Of a stretch of DNA of 64,000 nt, positions 12,475 through 21,439 are shown piece by piece. The position numbers and the translations under genes are program-made. The stretch is from NCBI GenBank assembly GCA_963702475.1, contig CAVPCT010000004.1, positions 384,001 to 448,000 on the forward strand. Reading direction: 5' to 3'. The stretch comes from an uncultured Thermoleophilia bacterium. Its GTDB lineage: Bacteria; Actinomycetota; Thermoleophilia; UBA2241. Below the pieces are notes generated by a model. The model was not told the origin of the DNA and ran no database searches. It saw only the letters and a list, made by a program, of their open reading frames with translations. Within the stretch, counting starts at the first letter, position 1, and each line of letters starts with the position of its first letter.

Positions 12475-12903
12475 ATGGCCCGGCCTGACCCCACAGTGTT
12501 CCGCCGGAAGACTCGACTCGTGACCACCGCCATGGCGGCTGCGAGCTGCGCCGACCGCCGTCACTACGACTTCTCCAACGAGGTAGCCCCCGGCGTGCGT
12601 CTCGTGCTCAGCGGGACCTCCCGTTGCCCTCTTGCCTTCTCGTTGTGGACCCGTCCCGAGGACATCGCCGAGATCTGCGCCGACGCAGCCGTGCCGGTGG
12701 CGTCGGCGCTGCTCGCGATCGACGGCGCCCAGGCTCGTGCGGCCGCAGACGCCGGTTGCCTCATCGACCTTGACCAGTGTACGAGCAGCCAGGCCGTGCC
12801 CGGCCTGTACTACGTGCTCCTCGGCCAGACCGGCGTGCGACGCATCGGGGATGTGCTCCGTCGTGTCGTCCCGGGAGCATCGACAGGCGTGCTCGCCGCG
12901 TGA
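12475..12903 (+). CDS. Hypothetical protein (142 aa, 5 Cys)
   Basis: 3' part of ORF 11890-12903 with GC3-biased codons; no recognised motif. Confidence 0.55.
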   Translation: MARPDPTVFRRKTRLVTTAMAAASCADRRHYDFSNEVAPGVRLVLSGTSRCPLAFSLWTRPEDIAEICADAAVPVASALLAIDGAQARAAADAGCLIDLDQCTSSQAVPGLYYVLLGQTGVRRIGDVLRRVVPGASTGVLAA

Positions 12904-13143
12904 ACCGTCAGACCTGCCCTCCGGCAGCCGCGCGGCCGCGACCCGCGTGTGCTGGGCGCTGCCGCGGCGTACCCGCATCCCATTTCCGTTTCAGTCCAGT
13001 GTCTCGCCGGTATTAACGGTGTCGACCCCACTTGTCGTCACGATGCACATCCGCGTCGCGTCCGCGCAGTAGGCGCAGCCAGACCACACCCAAGAAGGGC
13101 GGCCTGCCGGGTGGCAGCCGCCAGAAGGAGGAACACAGGAGCC

Positions 13144-13689
13144 ATGGCAGAGCCGTTCAAGAACACCCCGCCCGCGCCCGAGGACAAGGGCGCCATGACC
13201 GCACAGAACATCGCCGCCGCGCTCGCCGGGGAGAGCCAGGCGTCGCAGAAGTACCTGGCGTTCGCCGACGTCGCCGACGCCGACGGCTACCCCAACGTCG
13301 CGCGGCTCTTCCGTGCCGTGGCCTACGCCGAGAGCACCCACGCCCGCAACCACCTCAGCGTGCTCGGCAAGATCGGCACCACGGAGGAGAACCTCAAGGC
13401 CGCCTGGGGCGGCGAGACCTTCGAGATCGACGAGATGTACGCCGCCTACGATGCTGTCGCCAAGTTGCAGGGCAACAAGTCCGCGCAGACCACGGTGCGC
13501 TACGCCATGGAAGCGGAGAAGGACCACCAGACTATCTACAACGAGGTCCTTGCGGGCGTGCAGGACAAGCAGGACTGCGCCGCCGTGGCCGTCCGTGTCT
13601 GCCCGATCTGCGGTCACACCGTCCTCGGCGACGCTCCGGATGAGTGCCCCGTGTGCGGCACGGCCGGTGTGTACTTCAAGGACTTCTGA
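13144..13689 (+). CDS. rbr: Rubrerythrin 1
   Basis: AGESQA..KY, ESTH and EKDH diiron motifs, C-terminal CPICGH...CPVCG rubredoxin-like site; AGGAG RBS. Confidence 0.93.
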   Translation: MAEPFKNTPPAPEDKGAMTAQNIAAALAGESQASQKYLAFADVADADGYPNVARLFRAVAYAESTHARNHLSVLGKIGTTEENLKAAWGGETFEIDEMYAAYDAVAKLQGNKSAQTTVRYAMEAEKDHQTIYNEVLAGVQDKQDCAAVAVRVCPICGHTVLGDAPDECPVCGTAGVYFKDF

Positions 13690-13690
13690 G

Positions 13691-14236
13691 ATGGACGAAG
13701 CTTTCGAGAAGCGCCTCCCCAAGCCCGAAGAGCTCAACCCGATGACGGAGGAGAGCCTCAAAGCCGCCTTCGCCGGTGAGAGCCAGGCGGCCGAGAAGTA
13801 CCTTGTGTGGGCCGACCAGGCTGAGGAAGAGGGCTACCCGAACGTCGCCAAGCTCTTCCGTGCCATCTCCTTCGCCGAGACGCGCCACGCGCGCAACCAC
13901 CTGCGCGTGATGGGCGGCATCGGCAGCACCGCCGACAATCTCGCCGCGGCCTTCGGCGGCGAGAGCTTCGAGGTCGACGAGATGTATCCGGCGTATCACG
14001 AGATCGCGAAGCTGCAGGGCAACAACCAGGCCGTACGCAGTGTCAACTACGCGCTCAAGTCGGAGGTCGACCACAAGGGCCAGTACACGGCCGCCCGCGA
14101 GGCCGTGGTGGCCGGCAACGACATCGCCGATACGCAAGTCAACGTGTGCCTCATCTGCGGCCATACGGTGGTCGGCGATGCGCCGGACAAGTGCCCTTAC
14201 TGCGCGGCCTCCAAGGAGTACTACAAGACGTTCTGA
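13691..14236 (+). CDS. rbr: Rubrerythrin 2
   Basis: AFAGESQA, ETRH, EVDH, CLICGH...CPYC; starts 1 nt after the paralog's stop. Confidence 0.93.
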   Translation: MDEAFEKRLPKPEELNPMTEESLKAAFAGESQAAEKYLVWADQAEEEGYPNVAKLFRAISFAETRHARNHLRVMGGIGSTADNLAAAFGGESFEVDEMYPAYHEIAKLQGNNQAVRSVNYALKSEVDHKGQYTAAREAVVAGNDIADTQVNVCLICGHTVVGDAPDKCPYCAASKEYYKTF

Positions 14237-14492
14237 GCGTCTGAAGGGCTGCAGCGGTGGCGGGGCACGCTCCGCTGCACAATGCACGTACGACCGGCCG
14301 CGCCCCGCGTCTGCGGGGCGCGGCCGGCTCGACAGGGATGACGGCCGGGACTGCACCTGCGTGGCCGTGTGGCTGTCGCATGGTGCTGTGTCGAGTGCGG
14401 CACCACGAAAGAGTCCTTAAGGGAGTCCTGACAGCGCCATGATGCCGGGGGGGCGTCGCGCTCGCGAGGGGAGCGGCTCGGCCGGCGGCGGA

Positions 14493-15236
14493 TCAGGGCG
14501 CCGGCGACGCCAGGGAGGACGCGCGCGCCTTGAGCGCGGCCGGGTCGAATCCATCGGCGTACGTCACGCTGAGCTTCTCGATCTGCGCCGACATCCACTT
14601 GTTCCAGATCTGCTGCTGAGCGGCACTCAGCAGGATGCTCCTGATGGTCGCCCTGGCCTTCGCGAACGTCCTGGTCTTCGCGTCCTTGGTGAACTGATCC
14701 TTGTGAGCGTCCCAGTACGCTTTGATCTCCGCAGGCGTGACGCCGGCGCTCTCGGTGACCTTGCTCTGCATCGCCTGGGAGAGCAGCTGCGACTTGATGG
14801 TGTGCTCCAGGAGCGTCTGGGTCATGCCGGACGCCTTGAGCGTGGCGTCGAACTTCTGCTGACCCCCGTAGGAGGCGATCAGCTGCTTGATCTGTCCGTT
14901 GACCTCGGCGTCGCTGACGGCCACGTCGTACTTGGGTGCGCTCTGGATGATGATCTCGTTGCCCACAAGGTACTCGACCATCTTGGCCATGTACTCGTCG
15001 TAGAGCGCCGTGCCTTCTGCGGGAAAGGCCTGGCCCTCGCCCTTGAGCTGTACGGACGCCTGCGCGATGAGCTGCTTGATCTGGTCCGTGGTGATGCTCA
15101 CGTCGCCGACGGTGGCGACGGCGCCGTCGGGGATGTCGCCACCGTCGCCGCTGTTCCCGCAGCCGACCGCCAGGGCGGCGACGAACAGGCTCATCACGAG
15201 TGCCAGCAGCGCGACGGCGGTCGCAGTGCGTTTCAC
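14493..15236 (-). CDS. SurA N-terminal domain / PrsA-like lipoprotein chaperone, no evident PPIase domain
   Basis: Lipobox LAVGC, AVATVGDVSIT, VSDAEV, EIKAYWDAHKDQF; GGAGG RBS before GTG. Confidence 0.8.
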   Translation of the reverse strand: MKRTATAVALLALVMSLFVAALAVGCGNSGDGGDIPDGAVATVGDVSITTDQIKQLIAQASVQLKGEGQAFPAEGTALYDEYMAKMVEYLVGNEIIIQSAPKYDVAVSDAEVNGQIKQLIASYGGQQKFDATLKASGMTQTLLEHTIKSQLLSQAMQSKVTESAGVTPAEIKAYWDAHKDQFTKDAKTRTFAKARATIRSILLSAAQQQIWNKWMSAQIEKLSVTYADGFDPAALKARASSLASPAP

Positions 15237-15428
15237 TTGGCCCACCTCCTTCACGGGAAGGTCGCGGCTTCTTGCCGGAACAGGCAGTGTAGCGCGTCCG
15301 GCCCGAGCGTGCGCGAGCACGCCGTGAACGCAGCCTGGCGATAGCGCGCCGGGCCGCCGCCCGCCGGTCTGCTAGAATCTCCCGGCACCGGCGGGCAGGG
15401 CCCGCCGCATCTCCAGGAGGTCGCCGAC

Positions 15429-15875
15429 GTGGGCTTCAACTTCGGTGTCGGCCGCGAGGCGCCGACATTCACTCTGAGTGTCGCCGACGGCAGCGAGATC
15501 GCGCTCGAGCAGTACCGTCGTGATTGGCTGCCGGTCATCGTCTTCGTCCCCGCCACCGGCGCCGAGGACGCTCTGGCCGCTCTCGCCGCGGCCGCGGACA
15601 CGCTCTGGGGTCTGCGCGGTCAGCTTGTCGGCATCTGCGACGCCGGGCCCGACGAGGTGGCCGCGCTCGCCTCGCAGGTGCCCGGCCTGACCTTCCCCGT
15701 GCTCGCCGACGACGGCGCCGTGGCTCGCGCCTACGGCGCCCTTCGCCCCGACGGCGAGCTTCGCGAGATGGCCTTCATCGTGGACCGCGCCGGCAAGATC
15801 GTGTGGAGCGCGGAGGGCGCCGGCGCTCTCGAGCCCGTGACCATCCTCACGGCGTTCCGGCAGGTCGTACGCTGA
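15429..15875 (+). CDS. AhpC/TSA (redoxin)-fold protein lacking the peroxidatic Cys
   Basis: VG.EAPTFTL, FPVLAD..AVARAYG, FIVD..GKIVW; the PxxxTxxC position reads FVPATGAED. Confidence 0.75.
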   Translation: MGFNFGVGREAPTFTLSVADGSEIALEQYRRDWLPVIVFVPATGAEDALAALAAAADTLWGLRGQLVGICDAGPDEVAALASQVPGLTFPVLADDGAVARAYGALRPDGELREMAFIVDRAGKIVWSAEGAGALEPVTILTAFRQVVR

Positions 15876-15913
15876 CGACCGTTCCGTTCCGGGCTCCCCA
15901 GGGCAACTAGAGC

Positions 15914-16312
15914 GTGAACGCACCCAACAAGGAGCTCATCTCCATGATCGTGGGACAGACAATGTTCAGCGTCCTCAAGGGTACGGAGCATCGCGCCGAG
16001 GCCGCCCTTCAGGAGCTTGCGACGCTGGTGACCGCCGCCCCCGGGCACGGCAGCCACAGGATCCTCCGGTCCTTCGGGATGTCCCCGCTGGCGTCCGGCC
16101 TCCGTCCGGAGGGCCGTGAGGCCGATCTCGGCGACGTGCACTTCATCTTCGAGACCCAGTGGGACTCCCTCGAGGCTCACGACGAGTTCTACGCCGGGGA
16201 CGCAGTGCGGCGCGTCTACGGCACACTGCAGTCCATCCTCACCAGCGGGCCGTTCGAGGTGCTCTACGACGGACTCATCGAAGCGCCTCAGACCGACAAT
16301 GTGGCCATTTAG
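15914..16312 (+). CDS. Antibiotic-biosynthesis-monooxygenase (ABM)-like protein
   Basis: APGH...F.TQWDSLEAHDEF pattern of the ABM ferredoxin-like fold. Confidence 0.65.
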   Translation: MNAPNKELISMIVGQTMFSVLKGTEHRAEAALQELATLVTAAPGHGSHRILRSFGMSPLASGLRPEGREADLGDVHFIFETQWDSLEAHDEFYAGDAVRRVYGTLQSILTSGPFEVLYDGLIEAPQTDNVAI

Positions 16313-16640
16313 CCGGTCCTCCTCGGGCGCCGCCGTCGCCACCATCGACGTGCGGGAGGCGTTCGAGCGCCAGCGCAAGGGGGCGAGACTCATCGACGTG
16401 CGCACGCCGCAGGAGTTCCGCGCCGGTCACCCCAAGGGCGCGCGCAACATCTTGCCGCAGCAGATCGGGAGCGACTCCACCGGGCTGAAGAGAGACGCCG
16501 AGGTGCTGGTCATCTGCGCCAGCGGCCACCGCAGCGCCCGCGCCGCGCGCCAGCTTGCCGGCATGGGGTTCACCAACGTGAGCAACGTGCTCGGGGGCCT
16601 GCACGCCTGGACGGGCGCCGGGCTGCCGGTCAAGAAGTAG
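16299..16640 (+). CDS. Rhodanese-like domain protein
   Basis: LIDVRTPQEF..GH..GA.NI, active-site CASGHRS, GGL.AW..AGLPV. Confidence 0.9.
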   Translation: MWPFSRSSSGAAVATIDVREAFERQRKGARLIDVRTPQEFRAGHPKGARNILPQQIGSDSTGLKRDAEVLVICASGHRSARAARQLAGMGFTNVSNVLGGLHAWTGAGLPVKK

Positions 16641-16866
16641 GGCAGTAGGGCCGTAGGGCTCGGCGGGCGCGTCACGCGCGCCCCGTGGTCATACGGTTCA
16701 GCCGCCCCCCGGCGATCCTCACCGACCCGTCCTCCGCGACGAGGACCGGGACCTGCATCGACCCTTCGCGCTCGCCGACACAAGGGCAGGGACCTGTCTC
16801 CGCGCGCATGCTGGAGCCTGCGCTGACGACTGAGACGGAGGGCGCGAACGGCGCGGTGGCCGGGTC

Positions 16867-19455
16867 TCAGCGGCGGTACAGACGAAGTCCGTTCGCCGTG
16901 ACCAGCAGAGACGTGCCCATGTCGGCGAACACCGCCAGCCACAGGCTCACGAGGCCGAGGGGCGCGAGCACCAGGAACAGGCCCTTGACGGCGATGGAGA
17001 ACACGATGTTCTGCCAGATGATGCGTTTCGTGCGGCGGCCGAGCAGGATGACGTCCGGGACTGCGGTCAGGTCGTCGCCCATCAGGGCGATATCGGCCGT
17101 CTGCAGGGCCGCGTCTGTGCCCGCCGCGCCCATCGCGATACCCAGGGTCGCCGTGGCCAGGGCGGGCGCATCGTTGACGCCGTCGCCGACCATAGCGACC
17201 GCGGCGTACGTGTCGCGCAGGCCGGCGACTGCGGCCACCTTGTCGGCCGGCAGCAGGCCGGCGCGCACGTCGTCCACGCCGGCCTGTGAAGCGATCGCCG
17301 CGGCCGTCTCGGGGTTGTCGCCGGTGAGCATCGTGATGTGTTCCACGCCGAGCGCGCGCAGCCGCGCGACCGCCTCGGCGGCGCCTTCTCGCAGCGGGTC
17401 GCTGACGGCGATCACGCCCAGGGCGCCGTGCTCGTCGCCGACGGCGATGGCCGTCTTGCCTTCGCGTTCGAGGCGCGTGACGGCCGCCACGAGGTGCAGA
17501 TCGGAGGCGTGCGGGCCGAGAAGCTCGGGGCGCCCGACGAAGTACAGGCGCCCTGCCACCTCGGCCCGCACTCCCATGCCCGGGATGGAGCGGAAGCGCT
17601 CGACCGCAAGGCTGTGGCCGTGCCCGGCGTGGTCCTCGGCGATATCCCCGTCATGGGCGTCGTGACTGCCCGCCGGCCCTTCGTCGCAGCAGCTACAGCC
17701 GCTCTCGGCGGCCGGCGTGCCAGCGCCGCAGCCGCAATCGCAGGCCGCGTCCTCGAGTCCAGCGAGCGCGTCCCGCTCCGCCCGCTCGACCACGGCGCGG
17801 GCCAGCGGGTGCTCGCTCAGGCGCTCGAGGGCGGCGGCGATGTCGAGGACCTCGTCCTGTGACGCCCCGTTCAGGGCGACGACGTCCGTGACCTGCGGGC
17901 GTCCGACGGTGAGGGTACCGGTCTTGTCCAGCGCCACGGCGCGCAGGCCAGCAGCCTGTTCGAGATAGACACCGCCCTTGATGAGGATGCCGCTGCGGGT
18001 CGCCCTTGCCAGGGCGGCGAGGATGGTGACGGGGGTGCTGATGACCAGCGCGCACGGGCAGCTGATGATGAGCAGCGCGAGGCCGCGGTAGAACCAGGTG
18101 TCGAAGGAAGCACCCAGCAGCGGCGGTATGAATGCGACCGCCGCCGCCAGCGCGACGACCACGGGGGTGTAGCGGGAGGCGAAGCGGTCCACGACCGTCT
18201 GCGCCGGGGCGCGCTGTGCCTGGGCCTCCTCCACGAGGTGGACGATCCGGGCCACGGTGTTGTCGGAGCCTGCGGTCGTGGCCCGAAGCCGCAGCGTGCC
18301 GCCCTCGATGATGGATCCCGCGAACACCTGGTCGCCGGTCCCTTTGGAGACGGGTCGCGACTCACCGGTGACCTGCGCCTGGTCGGCGGCGGCCTGGCCG
18401 TCGACGACCAGGCCGTCGACCGCCACGCGTTCGCCGGGGCGAGCCAGCACGACGTCGCCGGTGCGCACGTCGGCCACGGGGACGACGGTCTCGTGGCCGT
18501 CGACGACGACTGTCGCCTCGGGCGGCGTGAGCGACATGAGGCCGCTGATGGCGCGGCGTGTACGCTCCAGGGTGTGGACCTGCAGGACCGTGCCGAGGCT
18601 GAAGAGGAAGACCACGAGACCCGCCTCCGACCACTCGCCGATGGCGGCTGCGCCGACGGCGGCGAGCGTCATGAGCACGTTCATGTCCACCTGCCGGGCG
18701 CGGAGGCTGAAGAACGCGGCGCGGGCCACGAAGGCGCCGCCCGCGACCATCGCCGCGGCGAAAAACCACGGCGAGGCCGGCGGCGCCAGTGCCTGGGCCG
18801 CGAACCCGGCCACGATGAGCATGCCGGAGAGCAGGGTGAGCACGGCGCGGCGGTCGCGCAGCCAGAAGCTGCTCCGCGCCGCGCCGGCAGGCACCTCGCC
18901 GGCCGGCGCGCTCGCAGCGCTCGCGGCCTGCGTTCTCTCCACCGTGTCGTACCCGAGCCTTCGGACGGCCGTGTACAGCTTCGCGATGTCTGTCCGCTCC
19001 GGGTCCAGGGTCAGCGCCAGGGTGGCCGCGCCGAAGTTCACGTCGGCCCGGTACACGCCTGGCTCGTGGCGGAGCGCGCCCTGGAGCTTCACGGCGCAGT
19101 CGGCGCAGTCCATGCCGGTCACGTGCAGCATGCGCCGCTCGGCGCCGTCTTCGCCGGGCAGGGGCGCGAGCAGGTCCAGCGCGCCGTGATCGTGCACGGC
19201 GAGCGGGCAGTGCTCGGCGCAGTGGGCCTGGGCGCCGGCGCGGCGCGCGAACGTGCGCACCTCGTCGGCGCTCAGCACGTCCGAGTCGTACTGGACGCGG
19301 AGCAGACCGCGAGGGACGTCCGCATCGAAGGCGTGCACCCCGTCGAGGCGCACCAACTCGCGGCCGACCTCGTCCACACACCGGCCGCACTCCGCTTCGC
19401 GCGGCAGGAGCAGCGCCAGTTCGAGGATCTGCTCGCTCACGCCGATGGGAGTCAC
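16867..19455 (-). CDS. Heavy-metal (Zn/Cd/Pb-type) P1B-ATPase
   Basis: GMDCADC HMA domain, TGES, SCPCAL, DKTGT, SEHPL, GDGVNDAPAL, TM7 K / TM8 D (AVKG, ADMG) typical of P1B-2; GTG overlaps the arsR stop. Confidence 0.93.
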   Translation of the reverse strand: MTPIGVSEQILELALLLPREAECGRCVDEVGRELVRLDGVHAFDADVPRGLLRVQYDSDVLSADEVRTFARRAGAQAHCAEHCPLAVHDHGALDLLAPLPGEDGAERRMLHVTGMDCADCAVKLQGALRHEPGVYRADVNFGAATLALTLDPERTDIAKLYTAVRRLGYDTVERTQAASAASAPAGEVPAGAARSSFWLRDRRAVLTLLSGMLIVAGFAAQALAPPASPWFFAAAMVAGGAFVARAAFFSLRARQVDMNVLMTLAAVGAAAIGEWSEAGLVVFLFSLGTVLQVHTLERTRRAISGLMSLTPPEATVVVDGHETVVPVADVRTGDVVLARPGERVAVDGLVVDGQAAADQAQVTGESRPVSKGTGDQVFAGSIIEGGTLRLRATTAGSDNTVARIVHLVEEAQAQRAPAQTVVDRFASRYTPVVVALAAAVAFIPPLLGASFDTWFYRGLALLIISCPCALVISTPVTILAALARATRSGILIKGGVYLEQAAGLRAVALDKTGTLTVGRPQVTDVVALNGASQDEVLDIAAALERLSEHPLARAVVERAERDALAGLEDAACDCGCGAGTPAAESGCSCCDEGPAGSHDAHDGDIAEDHAGHGHSLAVERFRSIPGMGVRAEVAGRLYFVGRPELLGPHASDLHLVAAVTRLEREGKTAIAVGDEHGALGVIAVSDPLREGAAEAVARLRALGVEHITMLTGDNPETAAAIASQAGVDDVRAGLLPADKVAAVAGLRDTYAAVAMVGDGVNDAPALATATLGIAMGAAGTDAALQTADIALMGDDLTAVPDVILLGRRTKRIIWQNIVFSIAVKGLFLVLAPLGLVSLWLAVFADMGTSLLVTANGLRLYRR

Positions 19456-19914
19456 GTCGACCCGCCTTCTCGCCGCTCGCCGCCGCCGCCCGACGCGCCG
19501 GCGGCCGCGGCCGGCTTGACCCAGCCACCGTGCCGCACGTGCTCGCGCGTCATGTCCAGCAGGATCTGGATGTGCTCGTCGTCTGGGGAGTAGAAGACCA
19601 TCTTGCCGCTGCGCCGCGCACGCACCAGACGGTTGGCGCGGAGCACCCGCAGGTGGTGGCTGACGTTTGACTCGCTCATCTCGACCGCAGCGGCGAGGTC
19701 GCACACGCACAGCTCGCCGGCCGCGATGATGGCGTCCAGCAGGCGGCACCGACTCGGGTCGGCAAGTACCTTGAACACCGCGGCCACCGCCGCGGTCTCG
19801 TCCACGCTGCCCAGTCGCGCCCTGACGGCGCGCACCCGCTCGGGGTCGACAACCAGCACGTCGCAGCGATCCAGCCTCTTGCTCGTCTCTGCCGCAGATG
19901 ACCTCGCCGCTCAC
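19452..19914 (-). CDS. ArsR/SmtB (CadC-like) metalloregulator; 5' end apparently frameshifted
   Basis: DRCDV, FKVLADPSR, ELCVCDLA, VSHHLRVLR, LDMTREHVRH. The RBS-linked GTG at 19914 is out of frame with the body; the in-frame GTG is at 19859. Confidence 0.88.
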
Positions 19915-19932
19915 GGGCACTCCTTCTCTGAA

Positions 19933-19954
19933 CATATGAACAGACATTCATATG
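19933..19954. promoter_or_regulatory. ArsR/SmtB operator
   Basis: Perfect 8-6-8 inverted repeat CATATGAA-cagaca-TTCATATG just upstream of arsR, resembling SmtB/CzrA TGAAxxxxxxTTCA boxes. Confidence 0.85.
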
Positions 19955-20035
19955 ATAACGCCTGGAGCGGTGCCGGCAAACACGTTACGCGCACGAGGGG
20001 CCGGCGCCGGGATGCCGCCGCCGGCGGCACCACGG

Positions 20036-20975
20036 TCAGTCGATGACCGGCGGCAGGACGAACTCCTTCTGACACGCGCCATCGCCGCGGCCGGCAGCGA
20101 CTCCCACGCGCGGCCAGGACGGCCAGCCCCGCGATGATCAGCGCCATGCCCGCACCCTCCGTCGCCGTCGGCGCCTCCTTGAGCTGGATCCAGGCGGCGA
20201 TGACGCCGACCACGGGGACCGCGAGCGTGCCCATGCCGGCGGCCCCCGCCGGCAGGCACCGCAGAGCGAAGACCCAGAGCGACCAGCACACCGCGTTGGT
20301 GAGCAGCACGGCGTACAGCAGGCACGCGACGAAGCTGCCCGTCCAGGTGGGCCAGCCGCCCTGGGTGAGCACGGCGACGGCAACGAGCGCCAGACTGCCG
20401 ATGCCGAGCTGCCAGGCGGCGAGGGTCAGCGTGTCCTGGTGGGCGTGTCCCTGCAGACGCTTGACGAGCAGGGATCCTCCCGCCCAAGAGAGCCCTGCGG
20501 CGCAGGCGAGCGCCCCGCTGAGTGCGCCGCTGAGGTTCCAGGGCCCGACCACCAGGACGAGCCCGGCGAGGGCCAGCGCGACGGCCGGCCACTGGCCTCC
20601 GCGCAGGCGCTCGCCGAGTACGGGCCATGCCAGCAGCAACAACCAGAACGGCATGGTGTAGACGAGCACCGAGACCTTGCCCGCGCCCCCGACGGTGAGC
20701 GCCAGGGTGGCCAGTCCGTTGAACAACGTCGTCTGCAATAGGCCGATGAGCGCAGTGCATCCGAGCGGCGGCGGCCGCAGCGGCCGCCGCGTGACGGCCA
20801 GCAGGACGAACAGGCAGCCCGCTCCGAGCCCCGAGATGAGCGCGGCGAACGTGAACGGGTCTGAGTACTCCAGTGCGACCTTGCTGACCACCCAGCCGTA
20901 CCCCCAGATGGGGGCGATCGTAGCCAGGGCGAGGATGCCGAGATCACGGCCGTGTGAGGATCGTGAGGACTCCAT
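20036..20975 (-). CDS. EamA/DMT-family transporter (probable 1-nt indel near C-terminus)
   Basis: About 10 TM in two EamA repeats (IWGYGWVVSK, LVYTMPFW, VLGERL). Removing one G near 20104 gives a GC3-rich end ...EFVLPPVID* at 20036; as sequenced it runs to 19911, across the arsR operator. Confidence 0.82.
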
Positions 20976-21345
20976 CGGTCAATCCTAGTTGACGCGGCCC
21001 CACAGGGTCGGCTCGGCGGATGCCGGCGGCGGCGCCACGAACGCCCGTCGTTGAGCTCTCTTCCGTCGCTGACAGACGCGCGAGCCTGAGACCCTGGCGC
21101 CGGGGAGTAGCGGGCGCAGGGGCGCGACGGGTGAGCGAAGCGGTGAGAGAGAGGCGTTGTGGAGATCGGGTGGACACGAGAGAAACGGACTACGGGTGGT
21201 GCGGTCGCATTGCCTCCCGGGAGGGCATAGTGCCACGGATGTGAGCCCCTCACGGTTTGTTGCGGATCACAACCATCGTTGAGAGTCTGGGGATGGTGTC
21301 GATGGGTGGGGGAAGGGCCGCGAGCTTGAGTCCCGCGTACGGCAA

Positions 21346-21379
21346 GAGGGCGGGGCGCTGAGGAGCGCGCCCCGCCCTC
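21346..21379 (-). terminator. Stem-loop downstream of htrA
   Basis: 13-bp perfect stem GAGGGCGGGGCGC / GCGCCCCGCCCTC with 8-nt loop. Confidence 0.65.
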
Positions 21380-21439
21380 GATGGTGACGACCCAGGCTAC
21401 CTCGCCTGTGCGGCGGCCGTCACCTCAGCCTGAGGGGTG

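Noticed and set aside
19456-19947. 164-codon N-terminal extension of the ATPase overlapping arsR
   Set aside because: An alternative frame of arsR with Arg/Gly-rich noise; the GTGA overlap at 19455 is the better start.
21102-21190. GGGGAGTAGC resembling the yybP-ykoY Mn riboswitch 5' end
   Set aside because: Wrong strand for the adjacent transporter, and the downstream conserved elements are missing.
21240-21272. CRP/Rex-like half sites (TGTGA..TCACG, TTGTTG..TCACAA) upstream of the DMT gene
   Set aside because: Spacing and symmetry do not fit either consensus.
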